Below the pieces are notes generated by a model. That model was given only the letters and a program-made list of their open reading frames with translations. It was not told the origin of the DNA and ran no database searches. 42,750 nucleotides of DNA from a virus (taxonomy: Duplodnaviria > Heunggongvirae > Uroviricota > Caudoviricetes): positions 1 to 42,750 of the IMG/VR virus record IMGVR_UViG_2703718822_000008. The stretch is one strand, 5' to 3'. Each line of letters starts with the position of its first letter. Positions within the stretch are counted from its first letter, which is position 1. Position numbers and translations under genes: made by a program. Shown here piece by piece: positions 22,462-31,372 of the stretch.

Positions 22462-23264
22462 GTCTTACCCCCAGAAGGGGATCTGTTCAAATTAGGAATT
22501 ATGGATATGGTCGCTTGAACAAATCCGGGTTACGGTTGATTTGTAACGGGTTTGTTCGTGACCGCATTCATGAGCAAATCAGGCGTGGATTGCGCCAACA
22601 ATACATGCCGCTCATATCACGAAGCCCAGCCATTGATGCTGGGTTTTCTTTTTTAAAGCGCACTAGACCACCGTATCCACAGAGCGTCAGCAATGAGTTG
22701 GTTAGGTCTGGTTCTTGGTGGAAGTACGCTTTAAAAAATGGGCTGAGGGTTGTAGCCCAAAATACTGAGGGAATGGTAAGGATGAACAACGGTTTTGCTC
22801 TGGGTGGATTTGGCTGTGGTGGCCGGTGCTGATCTCCGGCTTGTATACAGGCACCTTGTTCTTCCGAAGCTCTCCTGCGCGCATCAGCCTGCGCATTCAC
22901 CACACCGGAAAGAGCACTCAGTTGTACCGGCCAGTTGTGCCACTAAGAAATGCTTTCGCAGACCGTTAAGCTCTTTGCCAGTTCTTTAATGCTCTTACCT
23001 GTTGTGTGCCCATTATTAATCACACCGGGCCAGTGCGCCGAATTTGTTTACAAGGAGTCGGAAGACCTTGCTGACTTACAGGCTATTACGCCGCCATCAG
23101 AACAACATCATCGTTTGCATTTATCTTTGTGGTCAGTTTCTAAAAAACCGCAAAGTCGCCAACTCTGACGAAAACTATCGTTGTGCTGCCACAACGATAA
23201 GAGCACTCGGTGCATTTAAGCCAAGCCCCATAAGGGAGAATGCTCTTACCTGTTACACAGATAT

Positions 23265-23322
23265 AAAAAATCCCGAAACCGTTATGCAGGCTCTAACTAT
23301 TACCTGCGAACTGTTTCGGGAT
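23265..23322 (-). terminator. tR'-like terminator ending the short pR' leader (6S-like) transcript
   Basis: Minus strand cccgaaac...gtttcggg hairpin followed by attttttat; matches the recalled lambda tR' region. Confidence 0.7.
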
Positions 23323-23463
23323 TGCATTTTACAGACCTCTCAGCCTGCGATGGTTGGAGTTCCAGACGATACGTCGAAGTGACCAACTAGGCGGAATCGG
23401 TAGTAAGCGCCGCCTCTTTTTATCTCACTACCACAACGAGCGAATTAACCCATCGTTGGGTCA

Positions 23464-23493
23464 AATTTACCCAACTTTATTCAAAAAGTCAAT
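23464..23493 (-). promoter_or_regulatory. Late promoter pR' (-35 ttgact, -10 taaatt) with the Q-utilisation region just downstream
   Basis: Minus strand ttgactttttgaataaagttgggtaaatttgac closely matches recalled lambda pR'; immediately downstream of Q. Confidence 0.7.
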
Positions 23494-23534
23494 ATTATGC
23501 CGTCAATATGTTGCCATCCGTGGCAATCATGCTG

Positions 23535-24158
23535 CTAACGTGTGACCGCGTTCAAAATGTTGTCTGCGATTGACTCTTCCTTGTGGCATTGCACCACCAG
23601 AGCGTCATACAGCGGCTTAACAGTGCGTGACCAGGTGGGTTGGGTAAGGTTTGGGATTAGCATCGTCACAGCGCGATATGCTGCGCTTGCTGGCATCCTT
23701 GAATAGCCGACGCCTTTGCATCTTCTGCACTCTTTCTCGACAACTCTCCCCCACTGCTCTGTTTTTGCTATATCAACCGCGCGGCCTGTACCGTGGCAAT
23801 CTCTGCATCTTGCGCCCGGCGTCGCGGCACTACGGCAATAATCCGCATAAGCGAATGTTGCGAGCACTTGCAGTACCTTTGCCTTAGTATTTCCTTCAAG
23901 CTTTGCCACACCACGGTATTTCCCCGATACCTTGTGTGCAAATTGCATCAGATAGTTGATAGCCTTTTGTTTGTCGTTCTGGCTGAGTTCGTGCTTACCA
24001 CAGAATGCAGCCATTCCGAATCCGGCTTGTGATTGCGCCATCCCCATAGCAGCCATCACATCAGTACCGGAAAGAGAGTCAGAAGCCGTAGCCCGTGGTG
24101 AGTCGCTCATCATCGGGCTTTTTGGCGAATGAAATTTAGCTACGCTTTCGAGTCTCAT
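23535..24158 (-). CDS. Q: Late antiterminator Q (lambda-type)
   Basis: 207 aa MRLESVAKFHSPKSPMMSDSPRATASDSLSGTDVMAAMGMAQSQ... matches recalled lambda Q. Confidence 0.9.
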   Translation of the reverse strand: MRLESVAKFHSPKSPMMSDSPRATASDSLSGTDVMAAMGMAQSQAGFGMAAFCGKHELSQNDKQKAINYLMQFAHKVSGKYRGVAKLEGNTKAKVLQVLATFAYADYCRSAATPGARCRDCHGTGRAVDIAKTEQWGRVVEKECRRCKGVGYSRMPASAAYRAVTMLIPNLTQPTWSRTVKPLYDALVVQCHKEESIADNILNAVTR

Positions 24159-24343
24159 GGTCTACCCCTCTTGCCCTGTTTGACCATCAGGACGCCGTTA
24201 ACTATTACGTGACGCTCACCTTTGCTGTCTCGGTTGTACTTGAGCACTGTTCCTCTTGCGCAGGAAAGCATCCTCGCCACTTCGGTCTGATTGCCTCGTG
24301 TCTGGATAAGAAGCTCTGGTATCGTTTGAATTGTGGCGTTCAT
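24155..24343 (-). CDS. ninH: NinH-like protein
   Basis: 62 aa ...GNQTEVARMLSCARGTVLKYNRDSKGERHVIVNGVLMV... resembles recalled lambda NinH; overlaps the Q start. Confidence 0.6.
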   Translation of the reverse strand: MNATIQTIPELLIQTRGNQTEVARMLSCARGTVLKYNRDSKGERHVIVNGVLMVKQGKRGRP

Positions 24344-24702
24344 ACGTTCTCCAGTTCGGTGATTTTTATTCCAAGCCGTCCGCCTGGTACTTTCACGCCA
24401 CGAATTACGCGAATGTCATCGAATTGCTCGTCGTCTTCCGCAAATCCGGCGTGGATAAGGGAGTCGAGTAAACCCTTCAGGATGTTATCGAGGTCGCGGC
24501 GGCGGGAGTCTGGAACGTCTGCGATGACTTTGATGCGGAGTCGTGATTTGGTGAAAATATCTAACTTGAGTTGGCGGATGATTTGCTGAACGTCTTTTCG
24601 GTATTTCTGGCCTTTATCGCTGATGTAGTATTGGCTTCCCCGTCTTCGCCAGTAGGTGTTCACCGACGGCGGGTAAGGAAGCACGAACTGATATTCATTC
24701 AT
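24340..24702 (-). CDS. rusA: Holliday junction resolvase RusA
   Basis: 120 aa; PPSVNTYW...DSRRRDLDNILKGLLDSL...GGRLGIKITE matches RusA family motifs (DxRRRDxDN). Confidence 0.85.
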   Translation of the reverse strand: MNEYQFVLPYPPSVNTYWRRRGSQYYISDKGQKYRKDVQQIIRQLKLDIFTKSRLRIKVIADVPDSRRRDLDNILKGLLDSLIHAGFAEDDEQFDDIRVIRGVKVPGGRLGIKITELENV

Positions 24703-24989
24703 GACTTAATCTTCCCCTCCTTCAGTAGTATCGCCTGCGTCCTGATCACGCCTTCGAGGTGGTAAAGTCTGGCGTCTTTGTTGTCGAGATTATGGGTGCG
24801 TCGGTCGATTTCATCGTGACACGCGCTACAAGCCCATGCGCCGATTAGGTCGTCAGGCTTCATTCCCGTTCCGCAAATTCCAGCCATCCGATAATGTGCC
24901 AGAACTGTAGTTTCAGGATTGCCATTGCATACGCCGTAAATACGTACCTGGCATTCTCTGCCGCGTGCTTCTTTGCGTAGGTTAGCCAT
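24699..24989 (-). CDS. YbcO-like (DUF1364) Cys-rich putative nuclease
   Basis: 96 aa MANLRKEARGRECQVRIYGVCNGNPETTVLAH...CSACHDEIDRRTH... resembles DLP12 YbcO, which also sits next to rusA. Confidence 0.7.
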   Translation of the reverse strand: MANLRKEARGRECQVRIYGVCNGNPETTVLAHYRMAGICGTGMKPDDLIGAWACSACHDEIDRRTHNLDNKDARLYHLEGVIRTQAILLKEGKIKS

Positions 24990-25714
24990 TAAGCAGCCTC
25001 CCCTGTTACTTTCAGCATTCCGTTATCGAGCAGCTTTCTGGTCAGCCACTGTTGACCACGCCCGGTGATTTTTGTGGTGAACGATATCTGTATTCCGTGA
25101 TTTGTGTTGACCGCTGTTTCTTTCACTGTGAAATAGCCGCGATCCATATATTCCTGCATTGGTACATTGCGCCGGGAACCTGAAGCAATAAGGATTTTGT
25201 GATCGCGCATCCACGCAAACAGTTTGTTTGGACCAATACCAACAACCTTTGCAAAGTTTCCAATCAAAATTCCGCTGGCCTCGCCAACGCGATCGGCAAA
25301 CTCAACTTTAGGTGCGGCAATTGCGAGCTGGTTTTCCAGTTGCATTTTCTGCTCAGCAAGATCAGCAGCAAGGCGCAACGCTTCTGGTAGCGTTTTGGGG
25401 ATATTAACCGCAGTTTCTTCAAGCTCTCGCCAACGGTCAACAAGACGAGCGGTGAATTCCGGCGACAATTGGGCGACGACAATAATGCTGTCTCGCTTTC
25501 CTTGTTCGCCCTCGAAGACGTAGAAATCACGCTTCCCGGTAATAACACCTAAATCATTGATTATGTTAGTGTGCTGCAATGCAGGAGGCTTGATAACGCC
25601 ACGTTTCACCAATCTATCTATGGATACTTTTACATTGCTATGGCGGCTTTCTACCAACTCAGCGATTTCAATGCTTGTCATTTTGATGGCATTGCCATTT
25701 ATTAACTCATTCAT
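24989..25714 (-). CDS. Roi/antirepressor-like DNA-binding protein (Rha-type N-terminus plus KilA-C/Ant-type C-terminus)
   Basis: 241-aa ORF in the nin region; domain assignment from sequence resemblance only. Confidence 0.5.
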   Translation of the reverse strand: MNELINGNAIKMTSIEIAELVESRHSNVKVSIDRLVKRGVIKPPALQHTNIINDLGVITGKRDFYVFEGEQGKRDSIIVVAQLSPEFTARLVDRWRELEETAVNIPKTLPEALRLAADLAEQKMQLENQLAIAAPKVEFADRVGEASGILIGNFAKVVGIGPNKLFAWMRDHKILIASGSRRNVPMQEYMDRGYFTVKETAVNTNHGIQISFTTKITGRGQQWLTRKLLDNGMLKVTGEAA

Positions 25715-25883
25715 CGTCTTCTTCCTCGTACATTGAGCTATTCGGATCGCTCATCAGTTCTGCGCAGCAATCGGAGCACACGTGAACTTCCAGCACATGC
25801 AGCTTCTGACCGCAGTTAGCGCACGTTAAAGCTCGCTCGACGCTTTCTTTCTGGTATTGAAGAGATTGGGATGGACTAAGCAT
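25707..25883 (-). CDS. ninF: NinF-like protein
   Basis: From the internal ATG: MLSPSQSLQYQKESVERALTCANCGQKLHVLEVHVCSDCCAELMSDPNSSMYEEEDDE matches recalled lambda NinF (58 aa). Confidence 0.75.
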   Translation of the reverse strand: MLSPSQSLQYQKESVERALTCANCGQKLHVLEVHVCSDCCAELMSDPNSSMYEEEDDE

Positions 25884-26274
25884 GGCTTTCACCATTAAAA
25901 AGTCGCTTGTAAGCATCAATGTCTCGTTTTGCTTCACCGAGCTTTCGTCTTAATTCCATGTTTTCTGATTCAAGCTTTTCCATGTCTTGTTGGTATCGAT
26001 CGCGGTGTTCTTTCCATGCTTTTTGATACGCCTTCATGTATGTCATGTTGGCCTTTCTCTTTGCCTGACGAACTGCGTGGTGGTTTTTCACAAACCAGTC
26101 AGGGTCGTTAAATGCTGCTCTGGCGCATGTATACCAATAATTTGTTGCCTCCCTGTTTAGCCAATAAATACTGATAAATGGCAACCGGATAGACACCATT
26201 TTTCGTTGTGACTCTTTCTCGCCAAACATGTGCCCTTTTTTGATGCTAAGGCCAAATCCAGGTTGAATTAAAAG
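25876..26274 (-). CDS. Hypothetical protein between ninE and ninF
   Basis: ATG at 26274 with GAGGA about 9 nt upstream, directly after the ninE stop; 132 aa; no recognised family. Confidence 0.5.
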   Translation of the reverse strand, partial: LLIQPGFGLSIKKGHMFGEKESQRKMVSIRLPFISIYWLNREATNYWYTCARAAFNDPDWFVKNHHAVRQAKRKANMTYMKAYQKAWKEHRDRYQQDMEKLESENMELRRKLGEAKRDIDAYKRLFNGESHA

Positions 26275-26279
26275 CATTG

Positions 26280-26456
26280 TCATTTCCTCGCGCGATGTCT
26301 TAGCCACCGGATATCCCACAGGTGAGCCGTGTAGTTGAAGGTTTTTACGTCAGATTCTTTTGGGATTGGCTTGGGTTTATTTCTGGAGCGTTTCGTTGGA
26401 AGGTATTTGCAGTTTTCGCAGATGATGTCGGTGATACTTCGTCGCTGTCGTCTCAT
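26280..26456 (-). CDS. ninE: NinE-like protein (58 aa), below the ORF-track threshold
   Basis: Translated by hand: [58 protein letters not shown]; resembles lambda/DLP12 NinE. Confidence 0.7.
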   Translation of the reverse strand: MRRQRRSITDIICENCKYLPTKRSRNKPKPIPKESDVKTFNYTAHLWDIRWLRHRARK

Positions 26457-27298
26457 GCCGCATCCTCAAAATTAAATCCAAGCTGACATGAAAATGCTTC
26501 ACATGATTCAGAACACGAACCTGAATCATACTGTCGCATTGATGTCATTCTTGAGGCTAACTCATCTCTTGATATATCACTAAACAAGGCAATCAGTGAT
26601 TTAAGTGTATTATTCCCTCGATACATAACCGGTTCCTTTCCTGTTTTTATTTCTGTATCAAGGATGTTGATAAATGCATCTGCAAGTTCTGGCTCATCCA
26701 TGGCTGCCAGCGCAACCTTTTGCATACTTTTTTTTATACAGAAAACACAATTACCAAGATGCTCCTGTATGCCAAGATCAAACTTCTGCCCACTCCACCA
26801 ATCAAGCACATCCTGTTTTTCAAAATCGCTTATATCAGCCAGGTACCGAAAACCATTAGCCCTTTTAAGCCTGTTTGGTTCATCTGTGCGAATGCCAAGC
26901 CATGTGATGTAATTTCCTTTCCCAAACTTTTCCTGACAATATTTGGTGAATGGAACAGACTTCATTCTGTCGGTACAGAACGCACCGCCGATATATGGAT
27001 GTCCGTATTTATTTAACATCCTTTTCCACGGTATAAGATCTGGACCAATATCATTGACACCTATCTCTTCATAACTACTGGCCTTCCCCATTTCTGGATT
27101 AGGTATTACACGAAGGCAATGTAAGTCTATTTTCCAGTTACTGACGATATTTCGGATGAACTCATATGTTTTAGGGTGCTCTGCCCCTGTATCCATGAAA
27201 ACGTAATGCACGTCTTCACCTGCCTGTCGCTTTTGCTCCATTAGCCAGAGCAAATATGCTGACGTCCTGCCACCTGAGAAACTAACGACATTTATCAT
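26453..27298 (-). CDS. PAPS reductase-family (PP-loop ATP pyrophosphatase fold) protein in the NinC position
   Basis: From the ATG at 27298: [17 protein letters not shown]... (SGGxxS PP-loop); ATGA overlap with the upstream Dam gene and with the ninE start. Confidence 0.65.
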   Translation of the reverse strand: MINVVSFSGGRTSAYLLWLMEQKRQAGEDVHYVFMDTGAEHPKTYEFIRNIVSNWKIDLHCLRVIPNPEMGKASSYEEIGVNDIGPDLIPWKRMLNKYGHPYIGGAFCTDRMKSVPFTKYCQEKFGKGNYITWLGIRTDEPNRLKRANGFRYLADISDFEKQDVLDWWSGQKFDLGIQEHLGNCVFCIKKSMQKVALAAMDEPELADAFINILDTEIKTGKEPVMYRGNNTLKSLIALFSDISRDELASRMTSMRQYDSGSCSESCEAFSCQLGFNFEDAA

Positions 27299-27822
27299 GC
27301 AGCCCTCCTGACACCCTGCCCGATCGCCATCAATGCCGCTTTGGATACGGTGGTAAACATCCGTCGAGGACTGATGAACGGTCGCCAAATCAGCAGCATG
27401 GAGCCTTTGCTGTTTCCCTTCTTCTCCAGCCCTGTCGATGGTTCGATAAAATTAATCCGTCCATCAGTGATAATGCGAACTTCGTCGACACTCTCCAGAG
27501 CCTTGCTGAACCATCCGACTGACATATCCTCTGGCACAAGCATCACTACCGTCTGTCGCTGTTGTATGCACTGCTCAGCGGCTTTTTCCACCCACGGCCT
27601 GATATTGCTGTACGGTGGGTTATTCCAGATTGCACCGTGGCTTATCCACTCAGAATTGAGCGCGTCGTCGGCCTCAGTTAGCCAGTGAGCACACAGAGCA
27701 TTTTTGTCGCTCGCTGCCGAATCCAGCCAGAATCCAAACTCAATATCCAGTGCATCAAAAAGCCAAAGCGGCGTTTGCCAGCAGTCCTTGTCGTGTGCTG
27801 GCGTATTTGATTTGATAGTCAT
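27295..27822 (-). CDS. Phage-type DNA N6-adenine methyltransferase (Dam family)
   Basis: From the ATG at 27822: MTIKSNTPAHDKDCWQTPLWLFDALDIEFGFWLDSAASDKNA...WNNPPYSN... (NPPY motif IV); 175 aa; ATGA overlap with the ninB stop. Confidence 0.7.
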   Translation of the reverse strand: MTIKSNTPAHDKDCWQTPLWLFDALDIEFGFWLDSAASDKNALCAHWLTEADDALNSEWISHGAIWNNPPYSNIRPWVEKAAEQCIQQRQTVVMLVPEDMSVGWFSKALESVDEVRIITDGRINFIEPSTGLEKKGNSKGSMLLIWRPFISPRRMFTTVSKAALMAIGQGVRRAA

Positions 27823-28259
27823 GCAGCCCGATCTCCCCATCTCGCTTTCCACTCCAGAGCCAGTCTCGCTTCGTCTGACCACTTAACGCCACGCTCTGTA
27901 CCGAATGCCTGTATAAGCTCTAATAGCTCCGCAAATTCGCCTACACGCATCCTGCTGGTTGACTGGCCTATTACCACAAAGCCATTCCCGGAAAGGTTAG
28001 GAACAACATCCTGCTGCTTTAATGCTGCTGTAAAAACGCACTTCCAGCTTTCTGCATCCAGCCAGCGACCATGCCATTCAACCTGACGAGAGACGTCACC
28101 AAGGCAAGCCCAAAGCTTTCGATTCTGGTCTAAGCTGCGGTTGCGTTCCTGAATGGTTACTACGATTGGTTTGGTTGGGTCTGGAAGAATTTGCTGTACC
28201 GCGTGAATAGCGTTTTGCTGATGTGCTGGGGATCGAATTTCAAAGGTTAGTTTTTTCAT
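27819..28259 (-). CDS. ninB: Recombination protein NinB (Orf family)
   Basis: 146 aa MKKLTFEIRSPAHQQNAIHAVQQILPDPTKPIVVTIQERNRSLDQNRKLWACLGDVSRQVEW... essentially identical to recalled lambda NinB. Confidence 0.9.
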   Translation of the reverse strand: MKKLTFEIRSPAHQQNAIHAVQQILPDPTKPIVVTIQERNRSLDQNRKLWACLGDVSRQVEWHGRWLDAESWKCVFTAALKQQDVVPNLSGNGFVVIGQSTSRMRVGEFAELLELIQAFGTERGVKWSDEARLALEWKARWGDRAA

Positions 28260-28452
28260 GACTTCCCTCTCTAACAGATTTCAGGTTATTCCACTCCGTT
28301 ACCGCACTGCGATAATTCGCGGCCGCCACAGCGGCGTGGTTAGCGCAGTAGATTTGGCACCCGTTCTCCATGTCGAATATTGTCGGTGATTTTCCGCATT
28401 TACATTTTTTGGCACGCGGTGCGTCTGAACACATTCCGTTAACGGTGTCCAT
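28240..28452 (-). CDS. Small Cys-rich hypothetical protein
   Basis: 70-aa ORF with six Cys (C..C.C....C....C..YC); SD-like gaggggga upstream; between helicase and ninB. Confidence 0.4.
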   Translation of the reverse strand: MDTVNGMCSDAPRAKKCKCGKSPTIFDMENGCQIYCANHAAVAAANYRSAVTEWNNLKSVREGSHEKTNL

Positions 28453-28536
28453 CAGGATCCCCCTCGTTCTTAATCCAATAAAAAAGGGCTACTGTGTAAA
28501 TAGCCCCTGTTATTAGCTCAGTGATGTAGATGGTCA

Positions 28537-29973
28537 TCAGAATCCTCCTTTCTTCTTGGACTGCGGCTCCTCGCGTTCACGGCGGCGCATTTCAGCAGAC
28601 TGTTGGTCTGTGTCATAAATAGCGCCATTTGCCTGAATGCAATACACCGTGCCGGTATTGCCATGACGATTGAGACGAAGGATTAGTTCGGTTTCACCAG
28701 GTGGAACACTGTCATCAAAAGCACCTTCACGATGGATCCCCACCCAATAATCGCAATCCTGTTCAATCTGCCCTGTATCTCGTGAGTCACTTGGTAATGG
28801 GCGTTTATTGGTTCTGCTTTCCAGTGCGCGGTTAAGCTGCGTCAGAAGCACAACAACGCAATCAAGCTCTTTGGCAAGGTTCTTCAGTCCTTTGGTGATC
28901 ATGCCGTAAGCAAGGTCGTTGCGATCGGCCTTCTCAGCGGTCATTAGTGTCAGGTAATCGACCAGAATCATGCCAACACATCCCTTTTCTCGCTTGATTC
29001 GACGGCTTTCGCTAACGATTTGAGCCAGAGATAATCCCGGCGTGTCGTCGATGTAAAGCAGGTCGATTTCACTCAAACGATTAGCTGTTTCGATCGCCCT
29101 GTTGAAGTCACCATCGTAATCACCCTGATAGCCGTCATCAGCGTCATTTGTCGCCGGAAGGTAAAAAATATTCGGGTTAACACCAGACTTCTGCCCTACC
29201 AGTTTTTCCAGTATCTGATCACCTGGCATTTCAAGGCTGAACATCAGAGCGGGCTTTTTCTCATGCACTGCGCAGTTGATTGCCATCTGGCTGTATAGCG
29301 TCGTTTTCCCCATCTTAGGGCGAGCGCCAATGACAAACAGAGAGCCTTTCACCAGACCTTTCGGTGACAGCATCCTGTCCAGCGATGGGATCCCTGTGCT
29401 CATTCCTCGTTGTTCTCCTGATGGGTCAAATCTCTTCTCAAGGTCGCTAACCCAGTCTTCCATGACCTCACCAAATGAACGAAGGCCGCGACGCGATCCG
29501 GTTTTTGCATGGTCTGTCAGTTGCGTGAAAATCGACTGAATAGCTTCGTACTTCTGCGTCGCAGTCATTCCGTTGCGGGAATAGAGCAATTCCGTCGCTT
29601 CAGTCATGCGGTTGATGGCGTAGCGTTCCATTGCGGTTTCACGAACCTGCATTGCATAGGCAACGATGTTTGCTGCGCTTGGCGTGTTCTTTGCGATCTC
29701 AGCGATATAAGCAAAACCGCCAACAGACGCCGTTAACGATTTACGCTCCAGTTCATCGAAAAGCGTCAGGCCATCTACTGGCTTTTGCTCCCGGTGCATT
29801 CTGGTTATTTCTTCGAAAAGGATTTTGTGTGGTCGGCTGTAAAATGAGTCAGGCTTCAGCATCGCCAGAACCTTCTGGACGCGCTCACTGCTGTCATCAT
29901 CCAGAAGCAATCCACCAATCACCGCCTGCTCTGCCTCGATGCTATGGGGCGGCGCATAAAAATTATCGGTCAT
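28537..29973 (-). CDS. Replicative DNA helicase, DnaB family (P22 gene 12-like)
   Basis: Walker A GARPKMGKTT; DnaB-like N-terminus ...PHSIEAEQAVIGGLLLD; ATG at 29973 with GAGGGTG upstream (the track start at 29988 is a GTG). Confidence 0.85.
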   Translation of the reverse strand: MTDNFYAPPHSIEAEQAVIGGLLLDDDSSERVQKVLAMLKPDSFYSRPHKILFEEITRMHREQKPVDGLTLFDELERKSLTASVGGFAYIAEIAKNTPSAANIVAYAMQVRETAMERYAINRMTEATELLYSRNGMTATQKYEAIQSIFTQLTDHAKTGSRRGLRSFGEVMEDWVSDLEKRFDPSGEQRGMSTGIPSLDRMLSPKGLVKGSLFVIGARPKMGKTTLYSQMAINCAVHEKKPALMFSLEMPGDQILEKLVGQKSGVNPNIFYLPATNDADDGYQGDYDGDFNRAIETANRLSEIDLLYIDDTPGLSLAQIVSESRRIKREKGCVGMILVDYLTLMTAEKADRNDLAYGMITKGLKNLAKELDCVVVLLTQLNRALESRTNKRPLPSDSRDTGQIEQDCDYWVGIHREGAFDDSVPPGETELILRLNRHGNTGTVYCIQANGAIYDTDQQSAEMRRREREEPQSKKKGGF

Positions 29974-30853
29974 CGTGTTCACCCTCACGAACTTTCAGGT
30001 AGGTATTATCGTTAAGCAGGAAATCAAATCCCTTTTTGTGCCAGACGGTTCCGCGCTGATGGTTTGGGCGCTCTTCGAACATCCATCGGCAATTTTCGCC
30101 TACGTAGCTCAAATAATTTCTCCAGTCCTGCATCGTGAAACCATGCCCGTCAAGCTGTCTGGTTATCACTCCGGCTTTGCGCCAGAACGTTCGGATCTGG
30201 TTTTTACGCTTGTCATTCAGTGCGCGGATTCTTGGCGCTTCAGGAAGGATTTCGTGGTAAGCATCGACAACATCCTGACAGCTAACGGAAGGTTTTTTCT
30301 TGTCAGACTTTTTGTCTGCTGTGGCACTCTCTAATACGTCAGTATTAGAGATATTATTTATATTATTGTTTATGGACAACCGTTGGACAACCGTTGGACA
30401 ATCTCCGCTGAGAGCCGCGCCATTACTGGTGTTTGCGTTGGACAACCGTTGGACAACCGTTGGACAATTTTTTGACTGAAAATCGTCATATTTAACGATT
30501 GTAAACAGGCTAAATTTCTTCCCCATCGAGCAAATATTAAGCATACCTTTCGACTCAAAAGTCCGTAATAAGCTCCGAACTTTGTTGTCGGGGATGAATG
30601 TTTCTCTGACCAGCGACGGGCGTCCAGTTATCATCTGACCGCGATCAACAGTTATCGGACCGATATCCGTATTGACGACAGTAGATTCGTGATTAGCCTT
30701 GAGGATTAAGTGAAGCCAAAGATGTACTGCCTGAGAGTCCTTATAGAGCCTGCTGTCCATAAACTGGCGGTGTATAGAGACATACCCCATACTGGATGCC
30801 TCCTGATGTTGTACAGGGTTATGCCTGTAATCAGCTAACTTAACGACGCCCAT
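29963..30853 (-). CDS. Replication initiation protein (lambda O / P22 gene 18-like) containing the origin iterons
   Basis: 296-aa ORF upstream of the helicase; internal iterons encode the repeated peptide PTVVQRLS; exact start uncertain. Confidence 0.7.
   Translation of the reverse strand: MGVVKLADYRHNPVQHQEASSMGYVSIHRQFMDSRLYKDSQAVHLWLHLILKANHESTVVNTDIGPITVDRGQMITGRPSLVRETFIPDNKVRSLLRTFESKGMLNICSMGKKFSLFTIVKYDDFQSKNCPTVVQRLSNANTSNGAALSGDCPTVVQRLSINNNINNISNTDVLESATADKKSDKKKPSVSCQDVVDAYHEILPEAPRIRALNDKRKNQIRTFWRKAGVITRQLDGHGFTMQDWRNYLSYVGENCRWMFEERPNHQRGTVWHKKGFDFLLNDNTYLKVREGEHDDR
30340..30520. other. Putative origin of replication: two clusters of three 11-bp iterons (TTGGACAACCG) flanked by AT-rich DNA, inside the replication gene
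   Basis: tggacaaccgttggacaaccgttggacaat at 30373-30402 and 30437-30468; AT-rich stretches at 30340-30372 and 30468-30520. Confidence 0.65.
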
Positions 30854-31001
30854 GCTTCACTCCTGCTTTGGCTAGTCTGTAAACACCAACAAGGCGCTCT
30901 GCGAACGCCCTGTTATTTGCTGCGGCTACCACTAATCCCTCAGGTGAATCAGGGTGTCGAATCTCTTCTTTTTCCTGGTATTTCTTACGACGTTTTGTCA
31001 T
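30840..31001 (-). CDS. Small basic hypothetical protein (53 aa) between cII and the replication gene
   Basis: ATG at 31001 with GGAG 6 nt upstream; MTKRRKKYQEKEEIRHPDSPEGLVVAAANNRAFAERLVGVYRLAKAGVKHGRR; below the track threshold. Confidence 0.45.
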   Translation of the reverse strand: MTKRRKKYQEKEEIRHPDSPEGLVVAAANNRAFAERLVGVYRLAKAGVKHGRR

Positions 31002-31035
31002 AATGACTCCTGTGGATTGATCCAGTCTTTCTACA

Positions 31036-31314
31036 TCAGGCCTCGAAGAATTCGCCGTTCTTCGGGGCTTTTTCTTTTGTCAGCATTCTGGCTACTTTCT
31101 TAGCCAGTTCCGCCAACTCCTCGTCTTCAACACCCCATTCAAGAACAGCCAGAAGCATTCCCATTTTTGGGATGAAGCTGTCTTTCCATCTCGAAATTTG
31201 CGATTCATTAATCCCTAACGCGTCGGCAACCTTTCGCTGACCACGTACAGCAATTCGATTCAGGATGTTGCTTGTAATTGCATTCGCTTTCTTGCGAGTA
31301 CTTGTAAGTTGCAT
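31036..31314 (-). CDS. cII: Lysogeny establishment regulator CII
   Basis: 92 aa; ...LNRIAVRGQRKVADALGINESQISRWKDSFIPKMGMLLAVLEWGV... resembles recalled lambda CII. Confidence 0.85.
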   Translation of the reverse strand: MQLTSTRKKANAITSNILNRIAVRGQRKVADALGINESQISRWKDSFIPKMGMLLAVLEWGVEDEELAELAKKVARMLTKEKAPKNGEFFEA

Positions 31315-31372
31315 ATGTAAGTATTTCCTTAACTAATAAGAAGTTATGCGCATCAACTTATGCGCGTTGTAT

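Noticed and set aside
22377-22903. ORFs of 151 aa (plus strand) and 111 aa (minus strand) in the pR'-S leader; also looked here for stx or tRNA cargo
   Set aside because: No RBS, the ORFs run through repeated regulatory elements and terminator structures, and no tRNA T-loop motif (GGTTCGAATCC-like) or toxin-like ORF is present.
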